Source: Myxococcota bacterium (lineage in GTDB: Bacteria; Myxococcota_A; UBA9160; SZUA-336). From it: a DNA stretch of 64,000 nucleotides. This document shows positions 26,803 through 36,773 of the stretch, in pieces. The notes under the pieces are model-generated. The model worked only from the letters and a program-made list of their open reading frames with translations, ran no database searches and was not told the DNA's origin. A program made the translations under genes and the position numbers. The first letter of the stretch is position 1. Each line of letters starts with the position of its first letter. The stretch covers positions 80,107 through 144,106 of the forward strand of contig DATJZP010000067.1 in the NCBI GenBank assembly GCA_035498875.1, given 5' to 3'.

Positions 26803-28019
26803 GCGACGCGCTGAACCGCGAGAACGAGTCGTTCTTCCGGCGGACGGCGACTCAGGCGCGCGCCAATCCGGCTGCGCTGGGCATCGCTGCGGTCTTTCTC
26901 CTGCTGCTGCTGGCGGGGATCGTGCCGCGCGTGCTGGCGCGGATCGAGCTGGCGCGCGATGCGCGACTCGCGGAGGGCGCGCTGCCGCGCGTGGCGGTCA
27001 CGCCGCCCAAGGCCGCACCCAGCTCGCAGCTCAGCCTGCCGGGCTCGGCGCAGCCGTTCCAGCAGGCCGTGCTCTATGCGCGAGTGAGTGGCTATCTCGA
27101 CAAGCGGCTGGTCGACATCGGCGACGTGGTGAAGGCGGGCGCGCTGCTCGCCCAGATCAGCGCGCCCGAGCTCGACCAGCAGCTCGCACAGGCGAAGGCC
27201 GACCAGGGCAAGGCCGAGGCCGACCTCGAGTTCGCGCGCTCGAGCCTGCGCCGCTTCGAAGAGGCCGACAAAGACGGAGCGATCGCCAAGGAAGACCTCG
27301 ACCAGCGCCGCAACGCCGTGCGCACCGCGGAAGCCACGGTGAAGGCCGAGAAGGCCACCGTGGCCGGGCTGGCCGAGCAGCAGGGGTTCGAGCGCGTGGT
27401 CGCGCCGTTCGACGGCATCGTGACCGAGCGCCACGTCGATACGGGCGCGCTCATCACCGCCGGCGGCGGCTCGAACACGCCCCTGTTCGCGCTGGCGCAG
27501 ACCTCGACGCTGCGCGTGTACGTCAATGTTCCGCAGGCGTTCGTCGACGATCTGGTGGTGGGCAAGCCGGTGAAGATTCACACGCGCACGCTGCCCGGCC
27601 GCGAGTTCACGGGCACGGTCGCGCGCACCGCCGGCTCACTCGATATCGCTACGCGCACCATGCTGACGGAAGTCGACATCCCCAACGCCGAGGGCGCGCT
27701 CAAGGCGGGCATGTATCTCCAGGTCGATTTCCAGGCCGACCTGGTTGGGCCGCGCTGGCGCGTGCCGGCGAGCGCGGTGATCTTCGACGGCGCGGGCACG
27801 CAGCTCGCGATCGTCGACGCCGACAACACGCTGCGCCTGCGCAAGGTGCTGTTGGGTCGTGACTTCGGCGACGAGATCGAGATCTCGTCGGGAATCAATG
27901 GCGACGAGAAGATCGTGACCACGCCCTCGGCGGCGCTCACGGACGGCACCAAGGTCGAGCCGGTCCAGCCCAAGGCCCCCGACCAGCCGATTCCGCACGG
28001 GATCCCGCCGCGCATATGA
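26799..28019 (+). CDS. efflux RND transporter periplasmic adaptor subunit
   Basis: Signal-anchor, coiled-coil hairpin and beta-barrel/MP domains. Confidence 0.85.
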   Translation: MSDALNRENESFFRRTATQARANPAALGIAAVFLLLLLAGIVPRVLARIELARDARLAEGALPRVAVTPPKAAPSSQLSLPGSAQPFQQAVLYARVSGYLDKRLVDIGDVVKAGALLAQISAPELDQQLAQAKADQGKAEADLEFARSSLRRFEEADKDGAIAKEDLDQRRNAVRTAEATVKAEKATVAGLAEQQGFERVVAPFDGIVTERHVDTGALITAGGGSNTPLFALAQTSTLRVYVNVPQAFVDDLVVGKPVKIHTRTLPGREFTGTVARTAGSLDIATRTMLTEVDIPNAEGALKAGMYLQVDFQADLVGPRWRVPASAVIFDGAGTQLAIVDADNTLRLRKVLLGRDFGDEIEISSGINGDEKIVTTPSAALTDGTKVEPVQPKAPDQPIPHGIPPRI

Positions 28020-29413
28020 CCCGCCGCCGGCGAGTCACCCGGGCGCTCGCGGCCGGCGCGGCGTGGCTCGCGGGCTGCGCCGTCGGTCCGAACTACCAGC
28101 GGCCCGAGGTCGAGGTGCCCGCCGGCTATCACGGCCCCAATGCCGCGAGCGGCGCGGCGGTCGACACGGAATGGTGGAAGCTGTTCGGCGATCCCACGCT
28201 GACCGCGCTCGAGGAGCAGGCCCGGGACGCGAACCAGGCGCTGCAGCTCGCGATCGGGCGCGTCGACGAGGCGCGGGCGACCGCGCGCATCGCGCGCGCG
28301 GACTTCTTCCCGACCCTGACGCTCGATCCGCAGTACACGGTCGGGCGTCAGTCGCCCAACCGGCCCTTCGCAGGCGTGGCCAAGACGGGGGCGTACTTTC
28401 AGGACGTCCAGGTGCCGTTCGACCTGTCGTACGAGATCGATTTCTGGGGCCGCGTGCGCCGCAGCTTCGAGTCGTCGACCGCCGCCGCAGTGGCCACGGT
28501 GCACGACTACCAGTTCGTGTCGCTCACGGTCGCCGTGAGCGTGGCGACCACCTACTTCGCGATCCGCTCGCTCGACGCGCAGGCCGCGATCCTGGACGAG
28601 AGCCGCGGCATCTTCGAGGAGCAGGTGCGCGTGGTCGACTCACGCCACCGCGCAGGTCTGGTGAGTGACCTCGACCTGGCCCAGGCGCAGACGCAGCTCG
28701 CCAGCACGATCGCGCAGCAGGCCGACGTCTCTCGCGCGCGCGCCGAAGCCGAGCACGCGCTCGCCGTGCTGTGCGGGCGCGCCGCGTCGGACTTCAGCGT
28801 GCCGGTGCAGCCGCTCGACCTGCAGCCGCCCGTGGTTCCCGCGGGCGTGCCCTCGGAGCTGCTCCAGAATCGGCCCGACGTCGCCTCGGCCGAGCAGAGC
28901 CTGGTGGCGGCGAACGCCGAGATCGGCGTCGCCAAGGCCTTGTTCTTCCCGCAGGTGCGACTCACCGGTGCGGCCGGGCTCGAGAGCGCGAGCTTCGGCG
29001 ACCTGGTGAAGTGGGAGAGCCGGCTGTGGGAGATCGGTCCGAGCGTCTCGGCGCCGATCTTCGAGGGCGGCCGGCTGCGCGCGAATCTGTCCGCCGCCGA
29101 GGCGCGCTATGCCGAGCAGGTGGCGAGCTACCGCCAATCGGTGCTCGCGGCCTTCCAGGACGTGGAGGACGCGCTGATCGGAATCCAGCTCCGCGACCGG
29201 CAGGCCAACGCGCTCGCCGATGCGGTCGAGTCGTCGGGGCGGGCGGCCGCGGTGTCGCGTGCGCAGTACGACCGCGGCATCGCCGACTACCTGCAGGTGG
29301 TGATCGCCGAGACGAGTCACTTGAACCTGAAGCTGCAGGCCGCGCAGATCGACGAGCAGAAGCTCGATGCCGCGGTGCTGCTCGTGCGCGCGATCGGCGG
29401 CGGCTGGCAGTGA
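28016..29413 (+). CDS. efflux transporter outer-membrane factor lipoprotein (NodT/TolC family)
   Basis: Lipobox LAGC; two TolC-like repeats. Confidence 0.85.
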   Translation: MTRRRRVTRALAAGAAWLAGCAVGPNYQRPEVEVPAGYHGPNAASGAAVDTEWWKLFGDPTLTALEEQARDANQALQLAIGRVDEARATARIARADFFPTLTLDPQYTVGRQSPNRPFAGVAKTGAYFQDVQVPFDLSYEIDFWGRVRRSFESSTAAAVATVHDYQFVSLTVAVSVATTYFAIRSLDAQAAILDESRGIFEEQVRVVDSRHRAGLVSDLDLAQAQTQLASTIAQQADVSRARAEAEHALAVLCGRAASDFSVPVQPLDLQPPVVPAGVPSELLQNRPDVASAEQSLVAANAEIGVAKALFFPQVRLTGAAGLESASFGDLVKWESRLWEIGPSVSAPIFEGGRLRANLSAAEARYAEQVASYRQSVLAAFQDVEDALIGIQLRDRQANALADAVESSGRAAAVSRAQYDRGIADYLQVVIAETSHLNLKLQAAQIDEQKLDAAVLLVRAIGGGWQ

Positions 29414-29414
29414 G

Positions 29415-30572
29415 TCAGGCGCCCGCGCCGGAGCGGCCCTTCCAGCTGGCGCCCTCGTTGCGCCAGGTGCGGCGCGCGGAGTCGAAGGTCATCGCGCCGT
29501 ACAGCACCCCGGCGGCGGGCAGCGCCAGCGCGAGCCACAGTCGGCGGCGGTAGAGCGCGAGCGTCGGCACGAACGAGACCGACTGCAGCATCCAGGCCGC
29601 GCCGCCGAAGACGGCCGCCGCGCCCGCGTGACCGCCGAGCAGCCAGCGCAGCACGGCCAGCGCCGGCACGAGATACAGGATCGAGAGGCCCGCGAGCGTG
29701 CCCGCGAGCTGGAGCGGGGAGTGACTGAGCTGGGTGTAGGCGCTGCGCGCGACCATGTTCCAGACGTCGGCCACGTCGCGGTAGGGCCGCACCGACTCCT
29801 CGCGCTCGGCCAGGCCGAGCCAGATCCGGCCCCCGCGCTTGATCGCGCGGCCCAGCGCGCAGTCGTCGATCACCTCGCCGCGCAATGACTCGATACCGCC
29901 CGCGCGCCCGAGCGCGCCGCGCCGCACCAGCACGCAGCCGCCCGCGGCCGCGGCCACCGACGAGCGCGGGTCGTTCACGAGCGGAAACGGGTAGAGCTGC
30001 TGGAAGAAGTAGACGAACGCGGGCACGAGCAGCGCGTTCCAGCCCGAGCCCGCGTGGAGCTTCACCATCAGCGACACCAGGTCGAGTGACTCGGCCTCGC
30101 CCTTGGCGACGAGCCGCGCCAGCGTGTCGGGCGCGTGGGCGACGTCGGCGTCGCTGAGCCACCACCAGGCCGGCCCGTCCGCGCGCTCGCCGATCTTCAC
30201 GCCGGTCTCGAGCGCCCACATCTTCCCGACCCAGCCGGGTGGTCGCTCGGGCGTGCGCACGACCTCGAGCCGGGCGCCGTTCGGGTGACTCGCCGCCAGG
30301 TCCGCCGCGACCTTGCTCGTGCCGTCCGAGCTCTCGTCGTCGACCAGCACCACGCGCAGCCGGCCGGGATAGTCCTGGCCGAGCAGTCCGGGCAGCGAGA
30401 GCGGCAACAGCTCGGCCTCGTCGCGCGCCGGCACCACGGCCACGACCTCGGGCCACTGGGCCGGCGCCGCGGCGCGCCCGTCGAGCCGCTGGTCGGCGAG
30501 CCAGAACCGCCCGCGCGCGAACACCAGGTAGAGCCACGCGCCGGCCGAGAGCAGGCTCAGCAGAGTGAACAT
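29415..30572 (-). CDS. family-2 glycosyltransferase, membrane-bound (HpnI / ceramide-glucosyltransferase-like)
   Basis: N-terminal TM, VVLVDDESSDGT (DxD) region, C-terminal TM helices. Confidence 0.65.
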   Translation of the reverse strand: MFTLLSLLSAGAWLYLVFARGRFWLADQRLDGRAAAPAQWPEVVAVVPARDEAELLPLSLPGLLGQDYPGRLRVVLVDDESSDGTSKVAADLAASHPNGARLEVVRTPERPPGWVGKMWALETGVKIGERADGPAWWWLSDADVAHAPDTLARLVAKGEAESLDLVSLMVKLHAGSGWNALLVPAFVYFFQQLYPFPLVNDPRSSVAAAAGGCVLVRRGALGRAGGIESLRGEVIDDCALGRAIKRGGRIWLGLAEREESVRPYRDVADVWNMVARSAYTQLSHSPLQLAGTLAGLSILYLVPALAVLRWLLGGHAGAAAVFGGAAWMLQSVSFVPTLALYRRRLWLALALPAAGVLYGAMTFDSARRTWRNEGASWKGRSGAGA

Positions 30573-30573
30573 G

Positions 30574-30594
30574 TTCTAAATCCTAGCGTTAGAA
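30574..30594. promoter_or_regulatory. inverted repeat TTCTAA-N9-TTAGAA whose right arm forms a -10-like TAGAAT, inside the 42-bp divergent intergenic region
   Basis: Read directly from the sequence. Confidence 0.3.
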
Positions 30595-30614
30595 TCCGCA
30601 TCGACGGAGGTTTC

Positions 30615-31739
30615 ATGCGTACCGAGCTCTGCGATCGACTGGGCATCGAGTTTCCGATCTTCGCATTCAGCCACTGCCGCGACGTGGTCGCCGCCGTGTC
30701 GCAGGCCGGCGGCTTCGGCGTGCTGGGCGCGGTGGGCTTCTCGCCCGAGCAGCTCGAGCTCGAGTGCAAGTGGATCGACGAGCACGTGGGCTCGAAGCCC
30801 TACGGCGTGGATCTGGTGATTCCCCAGAAGTACGAGGGCATGGGCGAGATCGATCCAGCGAAGCTGGAAGACATGCTGCGCGCGCAGATCCCGCTCATGC
30901 ACCGCGAGTTCGCGGCCAAGCTCTTGGCCGACCACGGCGTGCCCGAGCTTCCGCCCGAGAACCGGGCGCGCGAGCTCCTGGGTTGGACCGAGGCCACCGC
31001 GGCGCCGCAGATCGAGGTCGCCCTCGCGCACGACAAGGTGCGACTCATCGCCAACGCGCTCGGCACGCCGCCCAAGGACGTGATCGCGCAGGTGCAACAG
31101 AGCGGTCGGCTGGTCGCCGCGCTGTGCGGGCGCGTGCACCAGGCGCGCCGCCATCGCGACGCCGGCGTCGACATCGTGATCGCGCAGGGCACCGAGGGCG
31201 GGGGTCACACCGGCGAGATCGGGAGCCTCGTGCTCTGGCCGCAAGTGATCGAAGCCGTCGCTCCGCTGCCGGTGCTGGCGGCGGGCGGGATCGGCACGGG
31301 CGCGCAGATCGCGGCGGCGCTGGCGCTCGGCGCGCAGGGCGTCTGGACCGGCTCGCTCTGGCTCACGGTCGAGGAGGCCGAGGCCGAGCCCGCGCAGGTC
31401 GACTCACTCCTGCGCGCGTCGAGCGAGGACACGGTGCGCTCGCGCTCGTTCACGGGCAAGCCGTGCCGCATGCTGCGCAACGACTGGACCGAGGCCTGGG
31501 AGAAGCCCGAGTCACCGAAGCCGCTCGGGATGCCGCTCCAGGGCATGGTCACCATGGACGCGATCGCGCGCACTTCGCGCTACGCCGGCGCCGGGCAGAC
31601 CCAGCGCGTGGCGTTCAATCCGGTCGGCCAGACCGTCGGGCTGATGCGCGAAGTACGCTCCTGTCGCGAGGTGATCTACGACCTGGTCGAGGGCTACGTC
31701 ACCGCCAGCGAGAGACTGGCGGCACTTGCACCCCGCTGA
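30615..31739 (+). CDS. nitronate monooxygenase / 2-nitropropane dioxygenase-family (FMN, NMO/FabK-like) protein
   Basis: GGGHTGEIGSLVLWPQV and LAAGGIGTGAQIAAALALGA motifs. GGAGG RBS. Confidence 0.85.
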   Translation: MRTELCDRLGIEFPIFAFSHCRDVVAAVSQAGGFGVLGAVGFSPEQLELECKWIDEHVGSKPYGVDLVIPQKYEGMGEIDPAKLEDMLRAQIPLMHREFAAKLLADHGVPELPPENRARELLGWTEATAAPQIEVALAHDKVRLIANALGTPPKDVIAQVQQSGRLVAALCGRVHQARRHRDAGVDIVIAQGTEGGGHTGEIGSLVLWPQVIEAVAPLPVLAAGGIGTGAQIAAALALGAQGVWTGSLWLTVEEAEAEPAQVDSLLRASSEDTVRSRSFTGKPCRMLRNDWTEAWEKPESPKPLGMPLQGMVTMDAIARTSRYAGAGQTQRVAFNPVGQTVGLMREVRSCREVIYDLVEGYVTASERLAALAPR

Positions 31740-31745
31740 GACGAG

Positions 31746-32033
31746 TCACTTCTTCTTGGAGCTCTTCGCCGCCTTCGCGGGCGCGATGTCGGTGGCCGTC
31801 ATCTTGTAGTGGATCACCACCTTGTCGCCGGGCTTCACGTCGGCGCTCTTGGTCGAGGCGTCCTTGGCGATCGTCCAGTTGTCCTTGCCCTTGGTGACCA
31901 CGATCGAGTCATCGGTCACCGAGACCACCGGTCCGGTCACCTGGTAGGTCTTCATGTCGTCGGTGTGGCCCAGCTGGGCGAACAAGAGAGCACCGGTCAG
32001 GGCGCCGAGCGCCAGTCGCATCGCGGACTTCAT
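31746..32033 (-). CDS. small secreted hypothetical protein
   Basis: Signal peptide MKSAMRLALGALTGALLFAQLG; the internal Met is taken as the start. Confidence 0.45.
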   Translation of the reverse strand: MKSAMRLALGALTGALLFAQLGHTDDMKTYQVTGPVVSVTDDSIVVTKGKDNWTIAKDASTKSADVKPGDKVVIHYKMTATDIAPAKAAKSSKKK

Positions 32034-32096
32034 CGCAGCTCCTTCGTTGCGCGGATCGCGCGCGACCATCGTACCTTGCGCGGTACACTCCGGCGC

Positions 32097-33065
32097 ATGA
32101 AAGCGATCGTGGTCTCGAACACCGGTGGACCCGAGGTCCTGCAGTACCAGGACCACGACCCGGGCCCGCCGGGACCGGGTCAGGCGCGGATTCGCGTGCG
32201 CGCCGCGGGGGTGAACTACATCGACATCTACTTCCGCAGCGGTCTGTATCCGCGGCCGCTGCCGTTCGTGGCCGGACTCGAGGGCGCGGGCGAGATCGAG
32301 TCAGTCGGTTCCGGAGTCAGCGACTTCGCTGCCGGCGACCGCGTGGCCTGGGCCTCCGCGCCGGGCTCCTATGCCCAGGTGGTGAACGCGCCCGCCGACC
32401 GGCTGGTACGCGTGCCCAAGGGCGTGGGCGACGACGTCGCGGCCGCCGCCATGCTGCAGGGCATGACCGCGCACTATCTGTGCCGCTCGACCTTCCCGGC
32501 GAAGAAGGGAGACACGGCGCTCGTGCACGCGGCGGCCGGTGGGGTGGGGCTGCTGCTGGTGCAGATGCTCCACTCACTGGGTGCGGTCGTGATCGGCACC
32601 TGCTCGACGCCCGAGAAGGAGAAGCTCGCGCGCGAGGCCGGCGCCGACCACGTGATCCGCTACACCGAGGCCGAGTTCAGCCCGCTCGCGCGCAAGCTCA
32701 CCAACGGCCGCGGCGTCGACGTGGTGTACGACGGCGTGGGCCGCACCACCTTCGAGGGCAGCCTGCGCGCGCTGCGCCCGCGGGGCATGCTGGTGCTGTT
32801 CGGCCAGTCGAGCGGGCCGGTGCCGCCGTTCGAGCTGCGGTCGCTGAACGACCTTGGGTCACTCTTCATCACCCGGCCTTCGCTGGCGCACTACACGGCC
32901 GAGCGCGCCGAGCTCGAGCTGCGCGGCAACGAGGTGCTGGCGCAGATCGCGGCCGGCAAGCTCGACGTGCGGATCGGCGCGCGCTTCCCGCTGGCGGAGA
33001 CCGCCGCCGCGCACCGCGCGCTCGAGGGCCGCGCCACCACGGGGAAGGTGATCCTGCTGCCGTGA
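32097..33065 (+). CDS. NADPH:quinone oxidoreductase (zinc-type ADH superfamily)
   Basis: MKAIVV... and AAGGVGLLLVQM Rossmann motif. Confidence 0.85.
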   Translation: MKAIVVSNTGGPEVLQYQDHDPGPPGPGQARIRVRAAGVNYIDIYFRSGLYPRPLPFVAGLEGAGEIESVGSGVSDFAAGDRVAWASAPGSYAQVVNAPADRLVRVPKGVGDDVAAAAMLQGMTAHYLCRSTFPAKKGDTALVHAAAGGVGLLLVQMLHSLGAVVIGTCSTPEKEKLAREAGADHVIRYTEAEFSPLARKLTNGRGVDVVYDGVGRTTFEGSLRALRPRGMLVLFGQSSGPVPPFELRSLNDLGSLFITRPSLAHYTAERAELELRGNEVLAQIAAGKLDVRIGARFPLAETAAAHRALEGRATTGKVILLP

Positions 33066-33571
33066 GTCGCTGGGCCGCGCTGCTCTGGCTGCTCGCGGCC
33101 ACGGCGCGCGCCGACCCGTACGCGGTCGACTCGAACGTGCCGGCGCTGGCACTGCCGGACCAGAACGGCGCCGTGCAGACGCTCGACCCGGCGCTGCGCG
33201 CGATCGTCTTCTCGCGCGACATGGCGGCCGGTCAGGTGGTGAAGGACGCGATCGAGAAGGCCGGTCCGAAGCTGTTCGAGCGCGACGGCGCGGCCTACGT
33301 GGTCGACCTCGCGGGCATGTCGCCGTTCGTGCGGCGCTGGTTCGCGCTGCCCGGCTTGCGCCGCAAGTCCTACCGGATCCTGGTCGACGAAGAGGGCACG
33401 CGCACGCGCGAGATTCCCAGCGTCCCCGGCCGACCCACCGTGCTGTCGCTCGACGGGCTGCGGGTCACTCGCATCGACAACCCCGCGAACGCCGACGCGC
33501 TCATCCAGGCGCTCGAGCCCGCCGCGCCAGCCACGCCAGATACTCGTCCATCGAGCGGCGCACCGCCGTGA
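33062..33571 (+). CDS. secreted hypothetical protein (GTG start overlapping the upstream stop)
   Basis: Signal peptide AALLWLLAATARA/DP. Overlaps the convergent NUDIX gene by ~70 nt, so the 3' end is uncertain. Confidence 0.4.
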   Translation: MSRWAALLWLLAATARADPYAVDSNVPALALPDQNGAVQTLDPALRAIVFSRDMAAGQVVKDAIEKAGPKLFERDGAAYVVDLAGMSPFVRRWFALPGLRRKSYRILVDEEGTRTREIPSVPGRPTVLSLDGLRVTRIDNPANADALIQALEPAAPATPDTRPSSGAPP

Positions 33572-33986
33572 TCAGCGCCGCGATCTCCGGATGCGCCGGC
33601 CGCAGCTTCTCGATCGCCGCCGTCGAGCAGTAGCGGTCGCGGTACTCGAGCGGGTCGACCCAGCGCGCCGCCGAGTGCTCGTGACTCAAGCTCGGCTCAC
33701 CCTCGAGACATGCGCAGGCGAATGCCACCACGAAGCCCTCGGCGCCGTAGAAGGTCATCGGCACCAGCCCCACCAGCTCGAGCGGCCCCGAGGGCACGAG
33801 CCCGGTCTCCTCGTAGAGCTCGCGGCGCGCGCACTCGGCCGGCTCTTCGCCCGGGTCGAGCCCGCCTCCGGGCGTGTACCAGGCGCCGCTGGCCTCGCCG
33901 GTCGCGCGTTTCAGGATCAGGATCTTCCCGTCGCGCTCGGCGTAGACGGCGGTGCCCAGGCCGAACCGCTTGCGCTCGGGACTCAT
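33501..33986 (-). CDS. NUDIX hydrolase
   Basis: Nudix box GGGLDPGEEPAECARRELYEETG. Confidence 0.8.
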   Translation of the reverse strand: MSPERKRFGLGTAVYAERDGKILILKRATGEASGAWYTPGGGLDPGEEPAECARRELYEETGLVPSGPLELVGLVPMTFYGAEGFVVAFACACLEGEPSLSHEHSAARWVDPLEYRDRYCSTAAIEKLRPAHPEIAALITAVRRSMDEYLAWLARRARAPG

Positions 33987-34702
33987 TCTGTCCCGGTTCC
34001 GATGCGGTCGACGTCGTCGAGCGCCTTCTGCAGGTCCTTCAGCTGCTGTGAGTTCCGCTCGTCGGGGAACTTCTGCAGGAACGAGTCCATCGCCGCCTGC
34101 GCTCCGGGCACGTCGCGGCTCATCAGCCGCAGCTTCACGTACTCGAACTCCACGGCGCGATCGGGCTCGGGACCGAGCACCCTGCGCAGCGTATCCAGGC
34201 TCGCCTCGGCGAGCATGAGTCGGTCGCTGGTCGGCTCGATCGACAGGTAGAACTGCGCGCGCGTCCAGTGACAGCCGACCGAGAAGGCGTCGCGCGCGAG
34301 ACACTCCTTCAGGCAGTCGTCCGTGCGCTCGGCGGAGCCGTCCACGTCCAGGTTGTGACCCATGCGATACAGGTCGGCCAGCACCGCGAGCCGGGCGGTC
34401 TGGCTTCGCGCCTGGCTCCAGTCGCGCGTCTTGGTGTCGCGCAGCATGTCGGTCCACTCGGCGTAGAGCTTGTCGCGCTCGGCCTCGCTCGCGACGCGGG
34501 GCGGGTAGTCGCCGAGCTTGTCGAGCAGGCGGTCGCCGGTCGCCTTGAACTCGTCCGGCGAGCGCCGGGTCACCGGCGGGCCGTCCGACGGCATCGGATA
34601 CACCTTGCTCGGAAGCTGGCCGGGCAGGAGCGCTGGCTGTTTCGAGGCGCAGGCCGCGAGCCCCGTTGCCAGGGCCAGCAGCGCGAGCGCGCGCGCGCTC
34701 AC
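33983..34702 (-). CDS. hypothetical lipoprotein
   Basis: Lipobox LAAC after the signal peptide. Confidence 0.5.
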   Translation of the reverse strand: MSARALALLALATGLAACASKQPALLPGQLPSKVYPMPSDGPPVTRRSPDEFKATGDRLLDKLGDYPPRVASEAERDKLYAEWTDMLRDTKTRDWSQARSQTARLAVLADLYRMGHNLDVDGSAERTDDCLKECLARDAFSVGCHWTRAQFYLSIEPTSDRLMLAEASLDTLRRVLGPEPDRAVEFEYVKLRLMSRDVPGAQAAMDSFLQKFPDERNSQQLKDLQKALDDVDRIGTGTE

Positions 34703-35883
34703 GTGGGCCGCAGCTCGTTCAGCTCGGCGGTGTTCGCGTGCAGGATGCGGCGCCGGCTCGCGGCGTCGAACTTGGCGATCTCGGCCAGATAGTCGAGCGG
34801 CTGGGGCATGCCCTCGATGTGCGGCCAGTCACTGCCGAAGATCACGCGCTCGGGACCCATCAGCGCGCCGATCTCGTACACGTCGTCCTCCCAGAACGGG
34901 TTGATCCAGACGTGGCGGCGGAAGCTCTCGACCGGGTCCTCCTTGAAGTAGCCGGGCGTCTTCTTCGCGGTCTGGCGCAGCTTCTTGAACAGGTCGGCGA
35001 GATAGTCGGAGCCGTTCTCGACCGAGGCGATGCGCAGATTCGGGAAGCGGTCGAACAGCTTCTCGAACACCAGCGTGATCAGGAAATCGTGCGCGGCGCG
35101 CTCGATGTTGAAGGACTTGATCGAGGGCTTCCAGCCGCCGCCGCTGAAGCTGGCGCCGAAGCCGTCGCGCGCGTAGCCGTTCGAGCTGTAGCCGCTGTCG
35201 CCCGCGTGCACGACCACGGTGATTCCCGCCTCGTTCACGCGCGCCCAGAAGCCGTCGAACAGCGCATCGCTGGGAGACACCGGCCCGTTCGCCGTCCACG
35301 CCGGCGCCGGCCGCATGCACACCACGTGCGCGCCACGCGCGAGGGACCACTCGAGCTCGCGGATCGCGACCTCGGGGCTACACATTGGAATGTAGGGCGC
35401 GGCGAAGATCCGGCCGCGGTAGGCGACGCCCCAGTCCTCGTCGAGCCACTGGTTGAACGCGCGGAAGGTCCAGGCCACCGCCTCGGGGTCGCGCTTCAGC
35501 AGCTCCTCGTACAGCACGCCCAGCGTCGGGAACAGCCAGACCGCCTGGACGCCCTGGCGATCCATCACCCCGAGCCGCGCGTCGCGCTCGCGGTACGCGG
35601 CCGGGATCGGCTCGCGCTCGCGCAGGAACTCGATCGGTGACTTGCCGTTCGGATTGCCGCGGAAGTACTCGTGCATCGCCCCCGGCTTGGCGATCGGGTT
35701 GAACGTGGGGTTCGTGACTGCATGCGAGACCACCCCGCCCACCACGTGATACTTCCGGCCGCCGATCTCCGCCCACTGCACGCAGCGCGGCCCCAGCCGC
35801 GGGTCGAGGTGCCGGGTGAAGGCGTCGAGCGCCTCGTAGTAGTGGTTGTCGCAGTCGAAGACCGGGTGATCGAGAGCATCCAT
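34699..35883 (-). CDS. amidohydrolase-2 family metal-dependent hydrolase (ACMSD-like)
   Basis: N-terminal DCDNHYY metal-binding motif; the internal Met is taken as the start. Confidence 0.7.
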   Translation of the reverse strand: MDALDHPVFDCDNHYYEALDAFTRHLDPRLGPRCVQWAEIGGRKYHVVGGVVSHAVTNPTFNPIAKPGAMHEYFRGNPNGKSPIEFLREREPIPAAYRERDARLGVMDRQGVQAVWLFPTLGVLYEELLKRDPEAVAWTFRAFNQWLDEDWGVAYRGRIFAAPYIPMCSPEVAIRELEWSLARGAHVVCMRPAPAWTANGPVSPSDALFDGFWARVNEAGITVVVHAGDSGYSSNGYARDGFGASFSGGGWKPSIKSFNIERAAHDFLITLVFEKLFDRFPNLRIASVENGSDYLADLFKKLRQTAKKTPGYFKEDPVESFRRHVWINPFWEDDVYEIGALMGPERVIFGSDWPHIEGMPQPLDYLAEIAKFDAASRRRILHANTAELNELRPT

Positions 35884-35911
35884 GGACCCAGCATACCGCG
35901 GCGGGTGTACG

Positions 35912-36769
35912 ATGCTCGACATGGCCATCCTCGCGGGGGAGCTGCGCCGGGCGCGCAACGGCGCGATCGATCAGAAGGGCAGCATTCACGACGACGCGAC
36001 CGCGTCCAAGCTCGGCTTCCGGGGCGGCACGGTCGCGGGCAGCGTGCACATGGATCAGTTCCCGCCGCTGCTGCTGCGCGTGTTCGGGCCGGCTTTCTTC
36101 GAGACCGGCGCGCTCTCGCTGTATTTCCAGAACGCGACCGTCGATCGCGAGGCCGTGCGCGCCTACGCCGAGGAGCCGGCGCCGGGCGAGTCACAGATGC
36201 GCGTGTTCATGACGCGCGACGACGGGCTCGAGGTGTGCGAGGGCACGGCTTCGCTCGGCGACGCCACGCGCTCGGCGCTGCGCACGCGCGACCTGCGCGG
36301 GAGTGACCCGGCCGAGCTGCGCATCCTGGCCGAGCTCGAGCCGGGCATGGACCTGGGTAGCGAGAAGGTGAGCCTCGACGTCGAGCGCCAGCGCCGGCGC
36401 GTGGCGCGCGACCTGTGCAGCGGGCCGCTCGACTGGTACACGGGTCCCTCCCCCTGGGGCGGGCCGATCGCGGCGCCGTCCGCGGCGGTCGAGCTGTTGT
36501 GGGCGGCGCCCACCCGCGCGCTCCGCGAGCACACCGGCCGCGCGGTCGGGCTGTTCGGCGCGATCGAGATCGCCCACCTGGCCGGGCCGATCCGCATGGA
36601 CGCGACCTACAGCGTGAGCGCGCGGGTCGTGGCCGTGGGTCAGAGCCCGAAGACCGAGTATCTCTGGTTCGACTCGCTGGCCGCCGACGAGCGCGGACGC
36701 GAGGTCGCGGCGATGCGGATGTTGCTGCGCTTCATGAAGGCGTCGTCGCCGCGCTGGGCGGCGCACTGA
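35912..36769 (+). CDS. hypothetical protein (possibly a hotdog-fold / dehydratase-like pair)
   Basis: Conserved-looking ORF divergent from the amidohydrolase gene. No family assigned. Confidence 0.35.
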   Translation: MLDMAILAGELRRARNGAIDQKGSIHDDATASKLGFRGGTVAGSVHMDQFPPLLLRVFGPAFFETGALSLYFQNATVDREAVRAYAEEPAPGESQMRVFMTRDDGLEVCEGTASLGDATRSALRTRDLRGSDPAELRILAELEPGMDLGSEKVSLDVERQRRRVARDLCSGPLDWYTGPSPWGGPIAAPSAAVELLWAAPTRALREHTGRAVGLFGAIEIAHLAGPIRMDATYSVSARVVAVGQSPKTEYLWFDSLAADERGREVAAMRMLLRFMKASSPRWAAH

Positions 36770-36773
36770 CCGA

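Noticed and set aside
35881-35884. CATG where divergent start codons of the amidohydrolase (-) and the 35882 ORF (+) would overlap
   Set aside because: More likely the plus-strand gene starts at the next Met (35912). The overlap is a palindromic coincidence of CATG.
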